A stretch of 64,000 nucleotides of DNA from Chloroflexota bacterium (GCA_021789435.1 JAJYJO010000001.1:58674-122673), one strand, 5' to 3'. Counted from the stretch's first letter, positions 1-9,292 are shown. Numbers and translations: made by a program. The notes: generated by a model from the sequence alone, not told the origin.

Positions 1-900
1 GCGGCCACGAGGACGGCGCCGCAGGCGACCCCGTGCGGAATCGGGAAGAACGCTCCGAGCGGGGAGGCGAGGCCGTGCACCGCGCCGAGGCCGGCCTGGG
101 CCAGGCAGATGCCGGAGAGATGCGCCGCGTAGGCCATCCGGGCCCGCGCAGCCGGGGCGGCCGGGCCGTCCGGGGCGGCGTGCCAGGCCAGCAGCCCGTC
201 GCGGGCGGCGGCCAGGCCGCTGCGGGCCAGCGCGTCGGTGAACGGGCTCGCCCGGCCCGAGGTGAAGGCCTCGAGCAGCTGGGTCAGGGCGTCCATGCCG
301 TCGGCGGCGACCAGCGCGGCCGGGCAGGCGGCCAGCAGGTCGGGGTCGACGATCGCCGCCGCCGCGACCAGGCGCTCGTCCCGGAACGACTTCTTGTAGC
401 CGTCCGCACCCCGTTCGCTCAGGACCGCGTTCTTCGTTGCCTCGCTCCCCGTCCCGGCGGTCGTCGGCGCGGCCAGGAAAGGGAGGGCGGGGCCCCGGTA
501 GGGGAGTTCCGGCCCGACCCCCTCGAGGTGATCCCGGACGGAGTTGCCCGGCACGAGCAGGCCGGCCACCGCCTTGGCGGTGTCGAGGACGCTGCCGCCC
601 CCGACCGCCGCCACCACGTCGATGCCCCGGCGGCGGAACATCGCCACGGCCCCGTCCACCAGGCCCGGCGACGGCTCGCCGACGGCGACCAGGTCGTCGT
701 GGTCGATGACCCGCCGGTCCAGCTCGGCCAGCAGCCGGCCCCAGGCGGCGGTGCCGCGGAAGGAGCTCTGCCCGGTCACCAGCAGGACGTGGCTGCCGTG
801 CTCCGCGATCAGCTCGGGGAGGAGCGAGATGCGGCCGCTGCCGAACTCCAGGCGGGGGAGTCGCGCCACGCTGAAGCCGGCGCTGCCGGGATCGGTCACC
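1..900 (-). CDS. Iron-containing (group III) alcohol dehydrogenase, 5' portion; the gene runs off the window start
   Basis: The reverse-strand translation from a GTG at 900 reads VTDPGSAGF...LLVTGQSS...VAAVGGGSVLDTAKAV...GTGSEATKNAVL, the Fe-ADH fold with its GGGS/DxxK motifs. The GTG overlaps the stop of the upstream ABM gene (GTGA). Confidence 0.7.
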
Positions 901-1237
901 GGCCGGCCCCGGGCGCCGTGCCCGCCTCCGTTCCGGCCTCCGCCCGAGGCGGCAGGAGCCCGTCGTAGCCGACGCCGACGCGCGGCTCGGCCATCCAGTC
1001 GGCCACCGCGTCGCGCCAGCGCAGGTAATGCGGCGTCGTCTTGTGGGCCTGCGCCGCGGCCTCGTCCCGGTAGGCCTCGTAGAAGACGAAGCGGGTCGGG
1101 TCCTCGCGCGACTGGAGGAGGTCGAAGCGGAGGTTGCCCGGCTCGTCCACCGCGGCCCGGGCGTTCTCCAGGCTGGCGGCGACCAGGTCGGCCACGTGCT
1201 CCGGCTTGACGTGGATGTGGACCAGGGTGACGTGCAT
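896..1237 (-). CDS. Antibiotic biosynthesis monooxygenase (ABM) domain protein
   Basis: 113-aa ORF MHVTLVHIHVKPEHV...FYEAYRDEAAAQAHKTTPHYLRWRD, a typical ABM/YgiN-like ferredoxin-fold monooxygenase. It is coupled to the downstream ADH. Confidence 0.75.
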   Translation of the reverse strand: MHVTLVHIHVKPEHVADLVAASLENARAAVDEPGNLRFDLLQSREDPTRFVFYEAYRDEAAAQAHKTTPHYLRWRDAVADWMAEPRVGVGYDGLLPPRAEAGTEAGTAPGAGR

Positions 1238-1546
1238 GGCTCGCTCCCGCGGTTGCGCTCCGGGACGGGCTGCCGGGGCGGCCGGCCCGCCGGCCCGTCC
1301 GGGGACCCGTCCGGGGACCCGTCCGGCCCGCCGTCCGTCCCCCGGTCACGATGCCCCATCGCGACACGGGCTGCACGCCCGCTGCGCCGGCCGGCCATCT
1401 CGCTCGAGCGCCGTCCCCGTCCCGCCACTGCGCCGCCGTCGCGTGGCGGCGGCGGCCACGTGATAGCCTCGCCCCGGGGAGACGGCCCGCCGGCCCTCCG
1501 GCTCGGGCCGCCAGGAGCGTCCAGGTACCAGGTCGGAGTGGAGGCC

Positions 1547-1774
1547 ATGTCCGCGATCGCCACGTTCCGCACGGCTCTCAACGCATTGCTGAGCCAGCCC
1601 GGGCCGGAGGGGCGCCCGCGGCACGTCCAGGTGATCGCCGTCGCGGTGTTCGGCGAGGGCGAGGAATCCGCCCTGCGTTACGTCGTGGTCGACGCGGAGG
1701 GTCATACGCATCTCCTGGGCGCCGAGGGGGTGAAGATCACGGACGACAGCGTCCTGCCGCCGAAGTACGCCTGA
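1547..1774 (+). CDS. Hypothetical small protein (75 aa)
   Basis: ATG preceded by GGAGTGGAGG; the composition is not low-complexity (MSAIATFRTALNALLSQ...VVVDAEGHTHLLGAEGVKITDD). I recognise no homology. Confidence 0.35.
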   Translation: MSAIATFRTALNALLSQPGPEGRPRHVQVIAVAVFGEGEESALRYVVVDAEGHTHLLGAEGVKITDDSVLPPKYA

Positions 1775-1890
1775 CGGGAGGCGGCCCCGGCCGTCTTCCT
1801 CTCCCGTCCGGGCGAGGAGCCCGTCCGGCAGGCACCCGGGCAACGGGCGAGGGCAGGGGGAGCGAGGCCGGCGCCCTGCTGGTCAGGTTC

Positions 1891-2346
1891 ATGTATCCCA
1901 ACCTGCGGGTGCCGGGTGTCGCCCGGGTCGTCGACGCGGCGCTGGAGCGGCTCTTTCTCGGGGAGACCCACCCGTACTTCGCGAGCGACGGGATGGTCGA
2001 GGCGGAGGCCGTGGCGGCGTTCGACGCACGGGAGGTCCTGCCCGAGATCTCGGCACCTGTGCTCCTGGTCGGCTGTGACCGAGACTTCGAGTACCCGAAG
2101 GAGGTCTACGAGGAGACGGCCCGGCTCATCCCCGACTGCACCCTCAGGATCTACGAGGGCAAGGCGGGCTTCCAGGCGATCATGGACAAGCGGCTCGCCC
2201 TGGACGTGCTCGACTTCGTCGCTCGGCGGTCACGGGTTCAGCGCAAACGCGACGCGGCGCAGCCGACGCTCATGGACCAGCCAGCCACCCCGACCGACCC
2301 GCTGGTCGGCCCGACCTGGTCGCCCGTCGGCACGAGCGTGGGCTGA
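1891..2346 (+). CDS. Alpha/beta-hydrolase-like C-terminal segment (151 aa), possibly a gene remnant
   Basis: SAPVLLVGCDRDFEYPKEVYEETARLIPDCTLRIYEGKAGF resembles the C-terminal cap/catalytic region of alpha/beta hydrolases. No N-terminal nucleophile-elbow region is found upstream in any frame. Confidence 0.3.
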   Translation: MYPNLRVPGVARVVDAALERLFLGETHPYFASDGMVEAEAVAAFDAREVLPEISAPVLLVGCDRDFEYPKEVYEETARLIPDCTLRIYEGKAGFQAIMDKRLALDVLDFVARRSRVQRKRDAAQPTLMDQPATPTDPLVGPTWSPVGTSVG

Positions 2347-2406
2347 CGGCCCGGGAACGTCCGCCCGGACCTCCGGCCGGCCGTCCGCGCCGGTCCCCGG
2401 GGCCGG

Positions 2407-3939
2407 TCAGCCGCCGGGCAGGTAGGTGACCGTGATCGACTGCGTCGTCGACGCGTCGTCGTCGATGCGGAAGGTCAGTTGGTTATCGCCGACCTGGAGG
2501 GCCACCTGCATCGACCAGTTGCCCGAGCCGTCCGCCACCGTGTGCTGGTCCGGCCCCAGTGGCACGGCGCGCGTGATCGGCGCATCCGGCGGAGCGAGGC
2601 CGCGCACGGTGATCTTGCGGTTGCCGACGCGGGAGCCATCCTGCGGCTCGAGGATCGTCAACTGCTGGATCGGCGTGGGCGACGGTGTGGGGGTCGGACT
2701 GGGCGTGGGCGACGGTGTGGGGGTCGGACTCGGCGTGGGCGACGCCGTCGGCGTGGGCGCCGGGCTGGCGGTGGGACTCGCCGTCGGGCTGGCCGTGGCG
2801 GCTCCGGCTCCGAAGCCCGGCAGGCCGCCCGTGGACGCGAGGAGCAAGGCCGTGGCAAGGAGGACGAAGGCCGCCAGCCCGGCCAGCAGGCCGAGGGCCA
2901 CCGCGCGGCTGCCGCCCCCCGCCTCCTCCGGCCGTCGTGAGGCGGGCCGGCCCGCCAGCGTCCGGGCGTCGAATCCGCCGTAGCCGCCAATCCCGCCTAC
3001 CGTAGTCGTTCCGCCCGTCGCGCCCGGGCCCCCGGGGACACCTGGGGCACCCGCGGGCACGACCGCGACGGCCGCCGGCGGCAGCCGGATGGCGTCGGGT
3101 TCGCCGCCGCGCGCGGCCGCGGCGAGCCAGCCCCGCAGGAACGCGGCCATCTCGGCCGCCGAGGCGGGCCGCTCGGCCGGCGCTGGGTGGAGCGCGCGGA
3201 GAGCGAGCGCGGCCAAAGCCGGGGGTGCCCCCGGAATGGGTCGCGGCGGGTGCCGCTGCTGCTCCGCCAGGGCCAGCGGGGTGGTCGCCCCGTAGGGCGG
3301 CCGCCCGGCCAGCATCTCGTAGAGGACGGAGCCCAGGCCGTAGAGATCGGCCGCGGGGCCCACCGGTCCGCCGGCCAGCTGTTCCGGCGCCATCGAGCGA
3401 AGGGTGCCGATCACCTCGCCCGGCCTGGTCAGCCCGCTCGCGGCATCGTCCAGGGCCCGGGCGATCCCGAAGTCCGCCAGGTGCGCGTGACCGGCCGGAT
3501 CGAGCAGGACGTTCGCAGGCTTCAGATCCCGGTGGACGATGCCGGCGGCATGCGCCACGGCCAGCGCCTCGGCAAGTTCCGCGGCGATGGCCGCCGCCTG
3601 CGCCGGGCCGAGCGGTCCCCGGCGGAGCCGGGTGGCCAGCGACTCCCCGGGCACGTACTCGAGCACGATCGCCGCCGTCCTGCCCTCGAAGGCGATGTCG
3701 AGGACGCGGACGATGCCGGGATGCGCCAGGGCGGCGGCGGCCCGCGCCTCCGCCGTGAACCGTCGCCGGGTCTCCGGGTCGGGCAGCAGGTGGGGGTGCA
3801 GGAGCTTCAGGGCCACCTGCCGTCCCAGTCGCTCGTCGCGGGCGAGCCACACGTCGGCGCTGCCCCCGCTCCCGAGCAGCCGCTCCAGGCGATAGCGGCC
3901 GAGGACGAGCTCTCCCGCCCCTTCGCGCCCCGCCGTCAT
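2407..3939 (-). CDS. Ser/Thr protein kinase with a C-terminal TM helix, PT-repeat linker and an extracytoplasmic Ig-like domain
   Basis: Hanks kinase motifs: GSGGSADVW, VALK, HRDLKPANVLL, DFGIA, APE. Downstream are a TM segment (AVALGLLAGLAAFVLLATALLLAS), a (PT/SPT)n linker and a roughly 90-aa C-terminal domain. The ATG at 3939 overlaps the stop of the upstream methyltransferase (ATGA). Confidence 0.85.
   Translation of the reverse strand: MTAGREGAGELVLGRYRLERLLGSGGSADVWLARDERLGRQVALKLLHPHLLPDPETRRRFTAEARAAAALAHPGIVRVLDIAFEGRTAAIVLEYVPGESLATRLRRGPLGPAQAAAIAAELAEALAVAHAAGIVHRDLKPANVLLDPAGHAHLADFGIARALDDAASGLTRPGEVIGTLRSMAPEQLAGGPVGPAADLYGLGSVLYEMLAGRPPYGATTPLALAEQQRHPPRPIPGAPPALAALALRALHPAPAERPASAAEMAAFLRGWLAAAARGGEPDAIRLPPAAVAVVPAGAPGVPGGPGATGGTTTVGGIGGYGGFDARTLAGRPASRRPEEAGGGSRAVALGLLAGLAAFVLLATALLLASTGGLPGFGAGAATASPTASPTASPAPTPTASPTPSPTPTPSPTPSPTPTPSPTPIQQLTILEPQDGSRVGNRKITVRGLAPPDAPITRAVPLGPDQHTVADGSGNWSMQVALQVGDNQLTFRIDDDASTTQSITVTYLPGG
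2671..2760. repeat. About three copies of a 30-bp tandem repeat encoding the PT/SPT linker of the kinase
   Basis: gggcgtgggcgacggtgtgggggtcggact is repeated with minor variation. Confidence 0.7.
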
Positions 3940-4814
3940 CCGGGCCGCCGCCGGGCGCGGACGAAGACGGACGGCCCCGGCGTGACCGCCGCCAGCCACC
4001 GCTGGAGGGGGGATTCGACGGCGGCCAGGACGGGCAGGGGAAGATGCCGGCTCAGGACCGGGACGCGCAGCAGCGAGGCCGTCCGCGTCGCCTCGACCTG
4101 GAGGCCGGCCGAGCGCAGCCATCGCCGCACGTCCCGCGGCGCGTGGTCGAAGTGCGCCGTGCGGTAGGCGGCTGATCCCGGCGCGAAGGGCGACCACGCC
4201 TGGCGGCGGGCGAGGAACCGCAGCACGGCCTTGAGGTTGCGCTTGTTCGCGAACTCGAGCACGAGCTCGCCGCCCGGGCGGAGGACGCGCCCGAGCTCGG
4301 CGATGACCGGCGGTGGATCGGCCAGATGGTGGACCATCCGGACGCAGACGACGGCGTCGAAACTGGCGTCCGGGAAGGGCAGGTGGGCCGCATCGCCGGC
4401 CACGACGGCCACCCGTCGGACCCCGGCGAACCTCTCGCGGGCGGCCGCCAGGTGGGCTTCGGAGGCGTCGAGCAGGACGACCGCCCGGTAGCCGCCGTAC
4501 TCGTCGACCAGCCGGCCGAAGCCGGCCCCCACGTCCAGCAGTCGCTCCCCGGCCGGCCGCAGGAGGGAGCGCAGGGCGAGCCGGTCGCAGAGGTCCTCGT
4601 AGTCGCGGCCGGGCCAGAAGACGTCTCGATAGCGGAGGTCGGGGTACTCGGCGAGCACGCGGAGCGAGGCCGGCGGAGTCGCCGCGGCTGGAGGGAGGGC
4701 GCCGTTCGGGAGCGCGGTCGGCGCGGCCGGGAGCGCCGCCGGGGGGAGCGCGCCGTCCGGAACCGCCGCGGTGGACGTCACCGGCGGAACGTTGGACAGG
4801 GAGCGGTCAGGCAA
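3936..4814 (-). CDS. Class I SAM-dependent methyltransferase (the maximal ORF extends to 5039)
   Basis: LLDVGAGFGRL...VLLDASE...VCVRMVHHLADP...LRPGGELVLE are the Rossmann MTase motifs. A TTG at 4814 is preceded by GAGGAGG (8-nt spacer). The upstream 75 codons of the maximal ORF are low-complexity. Confidence 0.7.
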   Translation of the reverse strand: MPDRSLSNVPPVTSTAAVPDGALPPAALPAAPTALPNGALPPAAATPPASLRVLAEYPDLRYRDVFWPGRDYEDLCDRLALRSLLRPAGERLLDVGAGFGRLVDEYGGYRAVVLLDASEAHLAAARERFAGVRRVAVVAGDAAHLPFPDASFDAVVCVRMVHHLADPPPVIAELGRVLRPGGELVLEFANKRNLKAVLRFLARRQAWSPFAPGSAAYRTAHFDHAPRDVRRWLRSAGLQVEATRTASLLRVPVLSRHLPLPVLAAVESPLQRWLAAVTPGPSVFVRARRRPG

Positions 4815-5057
4815 CCTCGACACCTCCTCGCCCCGGGTGACGCGTCCGCCCGGCAGGCCGAGTCTGCCACGCGGGCGCGGCGGCCGTCCACGCGCCGACC
4901 GCCGTTCACCCGCGCCCGCACGGCCGATCGTTGCGGACCCCCGACTCGGGCTGCCGCAGAGACGACGACGCCGGGGCGGGGCCCCGGCGTCGGAATGAGT
5001 GCTCTCCGATCGTTGCGGCGGCACCGTGCCGGTCGCCACGCGGCTCCTGCGCGGTTC

Positions 5058-5231
5058 TTAGGACTGCGTCGCCCCCACCTCGCGGCGGTGGATCGCGAAA
5101 TCGTCCTGGTTGCCGAACCAGCCGCACTCGCAGCGGACGGTCTTGGCGCGGGCCTTGTACTCCTCGATCACGTGGGTCTTCACGGCTCGCGCTCCCGCCT
5201 GGACCACCACGCCTCGCGGCGGACGTGCCAT
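5058..5231 (-). CDS. Hypothetical 57-aa protein with a CxC...H motif, leading the methyltransferase-kinase operon
   Basis: ATG with GGAGG 5 nt upstream; MARPPRGVVVQAGARAVKTHVIEEYKARAKTVRCECGWFGNQDDFAIHRREVGATQS. It lies 19 nt upstream of the MT maximal ORF. Confidence 0.45.
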   Translation of the reverse strand: MARPPRGVVVQAGARAVKTHVIEEYKARAKTVRCECGWFGNQDDFAIHRREVGATQS

Positions 5232-5568
5232 CGTCGCCTCCCTGCTCCGGGCCCCGTCAACCCCTTTCCTGCCTCCGCGGTCCGCGCTGCCCTCGGTCGA
5301 CCGGCGGAGCACCCCACTCGGAACGGCGCGGACCCGACCGGCGAATCACGACCCCGCCTACTGGCGACTCCCCGTCGCCGGCCGGGCGGAACCATGCTGC
5401 TGGGCAGACCGAGCGCGCCACTCGATGCGGATGCTGGGACCGAGAATCCTAGCAGACGCGCCCGATTCCCGCCGAAACCGGGCGCTCGGCCGGGCATCGT
5501 CGCCGGCCCGACTTCGCAGCCCGGACTCCGGTGCCGGCCCCCGGCGGGCGAGGCCATCGGCGGGCCTG

Positions 5569-5886
5569 TCAGGCGAGGCGGATCAGGTGCGGCGCCGCGG
5601 CCAGGGTGTTGCCGATCGCCCCGGCCAGGCCGAGGCCCGCTGCGATGGCCACCGCCAGCCGCAGGTTCCAGCGGGGCGCATAGCGCATCAGGGCGACGAG
5701 GGAGAGGAGAGCGACCGCCAAGGCCACCTTGAGGGCGAGCGCCATGCCCAGTCCGTCGGCGCGATAGGCCGCCTGGGTGAGCGGATTGAGCTCGGCGCCG
5801 ATCCCGACGAAGTGCACCCCGATGGCGAAGGTGGCGGCGTCGGCCGCCTGGGCCGCCGCAACGAGGATGAGGGATGGTCGGAGCAT
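5569..5886 (-). CDS. Small integral membrane protein (105 aa, about 3 TM helices)
   Basis: MLRPSLILVAAAQAADAATFAIGVHFVGIGAELNPLTQAAYRADGLGMALALKVALAVALLSLVALMRYA.. has a hydrophobic helix pattern. Confidence 0.5.
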   Translation of the reverse strand: MLRPSLILVAAAQAADAATFAIGVHFVGIGAELNPLTQAAYRADGLGMALALKVALAVALLSLVALMRYAPRWNLRLAVAIAAGLGLAGAIGNTLAAAPHLIRLA

Positions 5887-5977
5887 GGTCGTAGCTTGCC
5901 ACCACGGAGGTTTCGCCGGCACCGGCGCAACGGGCCGGCGCGCTACACGCACCTGCCGCCGCGGCTATGGTGGCGAC

Positions 5978-6493
5978 GTGCGACCGTCGTGGACCGGCTT
6001 CTTCCCCCGCTTCTACCGCCTGCTGCGGCTGGGCGATCCGCTGATCGCGGCCTGGTGGCGCCGCTTCGGCGTCGGCAACACGATCGGCCTCGAGGTGGTG
6101 GGCCGCCGCAGCGGCCGTCCCCGCCGGCTCTTCCTCGGCCTGCTCCACGTGGAGAGCGTCTTCTACCTCGGCCACCCCAACGGGGCGACGGGTTGGACGC
6201 GCAACCTGGAGGCGGCCGGGACCGGCGAGATCTCCTTCCCGGGGGCCGCGCCGAGGACGGTCCGGGCGGTCCGACTGGCGCCCGGTCCGGAACGTGACCG
6301 GGTGATCCGCTCCACCTGGCGCCAGCATCCGTTCCCCGGCAACGTCATCTACTGGCTGGCCCGCCGGCACGTCGCCGCGGTGGGGGTCTACTACCGCCTG
6401 GAGCCGGTCGATCCGCCCGGGCCCGCGGGTCCGGTCGATCCGCCCGGGCCTGTGGATCCGGCTGCGCCGGTGGATCCGGTCGCGCCGCCCTGA
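5978..6493 (+). CDS. Nitroreductase-family deazaflavin (F420H2)-dependent oxidoreductase (DUF385/PNPOx-like)
   Basis: GNTIGLEVVGRRSGRPRRLFLGLLHVESVFYLGHPNGATGWTRNLEAAGTGEISFPG matches the conserved GxxGRKSGxPRxxPL...NL motif core of this family. GTG start. The C-terminal PVDPPGP repeat tail is uncertain. Confidence 0.65.
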   Translation: MRPSWTGFFPRFYRLLRLGDPLIAAWWRRFGVGNTIGLEVVGRRSGRPRRLFLGLLHVESVFYLGHPNGATGWTRNLEAAGTGEISFPGAAPRTVRAVRLAPGPERDRVIRSTWRQHPFPGNVIYWLARRHVAAVGVYYRLEPVDPPGPAGPVDPPGPVDPAAPVDPVAPP

Positions 6494-6945
6494 CGCGGCT
6501 CCCAGCCATCCGGAGCCAGCTCGAAGCGCTCGAAGACGAAGGCCGGCGACACCGTGCACCCGACCAGGCTCCAGGTGCCGAGCGCGTGCGCCCGCTGCCA
6601 GGCGCCGGCGGGGACGACGGCCTGGGGACGCTCGCCTGCCCGCAGGTCCGGCCCCAGCCGGAGGGTCTCGGTTCGACGGCCGTCGGTCGAGACCGCCAGC
6701 TCCACCGAGCCGCCGGCGTAGAAGTGCCAAGTCTCGGCCGCATCAACGCGATGCCATCGGGAGGCCGGCCCGGCCAGGAGGTAGTAGATGGCACTGCCGG
6801 CGCCCCGCGTCGCGGCCGGCGCGGCGGCGCGCCAGGTCTCGCGGTACCAGCCGCCCTCAGGGTGCGGCTGCAGGTCCAGGAGGGCCACGACCTGCGCCGT
6901 CGACAGGGGATCCGGGGTGGTCCGGCCCGGGCGCCGCGGGCTCAC
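6391..6945 (-). CDS. Cupin-superfamily protein (DUF985-like)
   Basis: TAQVVALLDLQPHPEGGWYRETWR...SAIYYLL...WHFYAGGSVEL...VVPAGAWQRAH matches the cupin_5/DUF985 pattern. The 3' end runs through the shared tandem repeat and overlaps the convergent nitroreductase ORF. Confidence 0.6.
   Translation of the reverse strand: MSPRRPGRTTPDPLSTAQVVALLDLQPHPEGGWYRETWRAAAPAATRGAGSAIYYLLAGPASRWHRVDAAETWHFYAGGSVELAVSTDGRRTETLRLGPDLRAGERPQAVVPAGAWQRAHALGTWSLVGCTVSPAFVFERFELAPDGWEPRQGGATGSTGAAGSTGPGGSTGPAGPGGSTGSRR
6406..6490. repeat. Imperfect tandem repeat (about 25-27-bp unit, ccggtcgatccgcccgggccc...), translated in both convergent ORFs
   Basis: It encodes PVDPPGP repeats on + and GSTGxxG repeats on -. 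Confidence 0.65.
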
Positions 6946-7895
6946 AACCGCGCGATCCGGCGGGCCGCGAGTCGTGGGCCGAAGCGCGGCTCGCGGAGGC
7001 CGCAGGCCTCCAGGAGCCGGATCACGCGCGCCCGCTGGCCGGCCCAGGGCGCCAGCAGCTCGAGCATCCGCGCGTCGTCGCCACGGGGCTCGCCGGCCAG
7101 CAGCCAGCCGACCAGGTCCGGCAGGTGCGCGTCGCCGACGCTCACGGCATCGGCGTCGCCGAAGGCGCGCAGGCCGACCTCGGCCGCCGTCCAGGGTCCG
7201 ATCCCCGGGAGCGCCATCAGGCGGCCCCGGGCCTCGGCCGGCGCCAGGGCCAGCAGGCTCTCCAGGCGGTCGGCCCTGGCGCAGCTCCGGCGCAGCGTCT
7301 CGGCCCGCCGCCGCTCCAGGCCGAGCGGGTGCAGCGCGTAGGAGGGCAGCCCGGCCAGCTCGGCGGCCGAGGGCGGCACCCGCAGGCCGAGCGCGGCCCC
7401 GGGACCGGGAGCCGGCTCGCCCCGGGTCCGCAGGAGAAGCCGGTAGGCCGCCCGCGCCTCGATGCCGGTCACCTTCTGCTCGAGGATCGCCGGGACCAGT
7501 GCCTCGACGACGGCCCGGCTCCGGCCCAGGCGCAGGCCCGGCATCCGGCGGTGAAGGGCCGCCAGGAGCGGGCGGCGGGGGGTGAAGGCCGACGCGTCGT
7601 CCGCCTCGCCGAGGAGGTCCGGTGCCGCCTCCAGGGCCCAGCCGGCGCCGGGTCCCCAGGCGGCGACGCGGACCACGTCGTCACGGAGCTCCGCCCGCTC
7701 GGTGGCGGGACCATCCGGGGTCCGGGTCGCCCGCCAGGCTGCGCCCGGGGAGAGACGGATCGTGGGATCGCCCGTCCCGTGGCGGAGCGGGCCCAGGGTC
7801 AGGACCAGGTCCAGGGGCCGCGTCAGGCGCCAGCTGCGGACGGCCGGGTCGCCGGCCGCGGGAGCGGCGCGCCGGGCGTGGGCGGCACCGAGCAC
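6942..7895 (-). CDS. alkA: DNA-3-methyladenine glycosylase II (AlkA-like; AlkA N-domain + HhH-GPD)
   Basis: ...EQKVTGIEARAAYRLL...LMALPGIGPWTAEV...SVGDAHL contains the HhH-GPD motif with its catalytic Asp region. The GTG start is preceded by GGAG and lies 12 nt downstream of the lyase stop. Confidence 0.7.
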   Translation of the reverse strand: MLGAAHARRAAPAAGDPAVRSWRLTRPLDLVLTLGPLRHGTGDPTIRLSPGAAWRATRTPDGPATERAELRDDVVRVAAWGPGAGWALEAAPDLLGEADDASAFTPRRPLLAALHRRMPGLRLGRSRAVVEALVPAILEQKVTGIEARAAYRLLLRTRGEPAPGPGAALGLRVPPSAAELAGLPSYALHPLGLERRRAETLRRSCARADRLESLLALAPAEARGRLMALPGIGPWTAAEVGLRAFGDADAVSVGDAHLPDLVGWLLAGEPRGDDARMLELLAPWAGQRARVIRLLEACGLREPRFGPRLAARRIARL

Positions 7896-7906
7896 CGGGC
7901 GCTCCG

Positions 7907-9292
7907 TCAGGCGAGCGGCTCGAAGCGAGCCGTGAAGTGGCGCAACCACGGCGCCTGCTCGACGATCCGGTAGCCCGGCAGGGAGCTCGCCCGGGCCGCC
8001 ACCGCCAGGACCACCTCGGCCACGAAGTCGATGTGGCTCTGGGTGTAGGTCCGGCGCGGGATTGCCAGGCGGACCAGCTCCATCTCGGCCGGCAGCTCGG
8101 TCCCGCCGGGCCCGGCGCCGGGCCTGCCGAACATCACCGAGCCGATCTCGACGCCGCGGACGCCGCCCTCCCGGTAGAGCTCCACGGCCAGCGACTGGGC
8201 GGGGTACTGGTCGGGCGCCAGGTGCCGCAGGAGGGCCTTCGCGTCCAGGTAGACGGCGTGGCCGCCGGCCGGCCGGACGAGCGGGATGCCGGCCGCCTCC
8301 ACCTTCTCGGCCAGGTACGCCGTGGAGCGGATGCGGTACTGGAGGTAGAGCGGGTCGACCACCTCGTGAAGTCCCTGGGCGATCGCCTCCAGGTCGTAGC
8401 CGGCCAGCCCGCCGTAGGTCGGAAAGCCCTCGGTCAGGATCAGCAGATTGCGGCAGGCCGCGGCCAGCTTCGCGTCGTTCATCGCCAGGAAGCCGCCGAT
8501 GTTCGCCAGGCCGTCCTTTTTGGCGGACATCGTGCAGCCGTCGGCCAGCGAGAACATCTCTCGCGCGATCTCGCCTGGCGTCCACTCGGCGTAGCCCTCC
8601 TCGCGGGTCTTGACGAACCAGGCGTTCTCGGCGAAGCGGCAGGCGTCGAGGAAGAGCGGGATGCCGTGCCGATCGCAGACGGCGCGGACCGCCCGCAGGT
8701 TGGCCATCGAGACGGGCTGGCCGCCCCCCGAGTTGTTGGTCACGGTGACCATCACCAGGGGGACCCGTTCGCGGCCCACCTCCTCGATCGTCCGTTCCAG
8801 CGCGGCGATGTCCACGTTGCCCTTGAAGGGGGCCAGGAGGGCCGGGTCGTGCCCCTCGGGGCAGAGGAGGTCGCGCGCCTCGCCGCCCTGGTGCTCCACG
8901 TTGGCCCGGGTCGTGTCGAAGTGGGTGTTGTTCGGCACCACGTCGCCGCGGTGGACGGCCACCTCGAAGAGGATCCGCTCCGCGGCCCGGCCCTGGTGGG
9001 TGGGGATCACTTCGGCGAAGCCGGTCAGCTCCGCGACCGCGCCCCGGAAGCGGTAGAAGGAGCGGCTGCCGGCGTAGGACTCATCGCCCATCATCATGCC
9101 GGCCCACTGCCGGCTCGACATCGCGCCCGTCCCGGAGTCGGTGAGCAGGTCGACGATCACCTCGTCGGCCTGCAGGTTGAAGAGGTTGTAGCCGGCCCGG
9201 CGGAGAGCGGCCTCGCGCTGCTCGGCGGTCGGGAAGTCGATCGCCTCGACGCTGTGGATGCGGAACGGCTCGATGATGGTCCGGAACGGCAT
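7907..9292 (-). CDS. Tryptophanase / tyrosine phenol-lyase family beta-eliminating lyase (PLP-dependent)
   Basis: The whole 462 aa aligns with TnaA/TPL: EPFRIHSVE, LLTDSGTGAMS..QWAGMMMGDESYAGS, SAKKDGLANIGGFLAMND, PAQSLAVELY. ATG with GAGGAG upstream. The C-terminus (TYTQSHIDF...RHFTARFEPL) is closer to tryptophanase. Confidence 0.85.
   Translation of the reverse strand: MPFRTIIEPFRIHSVEAIDFPTAEQREAALRRAGYNLFNLQADEVIVDLLTDSGTGAMSSRQWAGMMMGDESYAGSRSFYRFRGAVAELTGFAEVIPTHQGRAAERILFEVAVHRGDVVPNNTHFDTTRANVEHQGGEARDLLCPEGHDPALLAPFKGNVDIAALERTIEEVGRERVPLVMVTVTNNSGGGQPVSMANLRAVRAVCDRHGIPLFLDACRFAENAWFVKTREEGYAEWTPGEIAREMFSLADGCTMSAKKDGLANIGGFLAMNDAKLAAACRNLLILTEGFPTYGGLAGYDLEAIAQGLHEVVDPLYLQYRIRSTAYLAEKVEAAGIPLVRPAGGHAVYLDAKALLRHLAPDQYPAQSLAVELYREGGVRGVEIGSVMFGRPGAGPGGTELPAEMELVRLAIPRRTYTQSHIDFVAEVVLAVAARASSLPGYRIVEQAPWLRHFTARFEPLA

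Noticed and set aside
5180-6730. 516-aa minus-strand ORF
   Set aside because: Low-complexity. It overlaps the better-supported membrane protein, nitroreductase and cupin genes.
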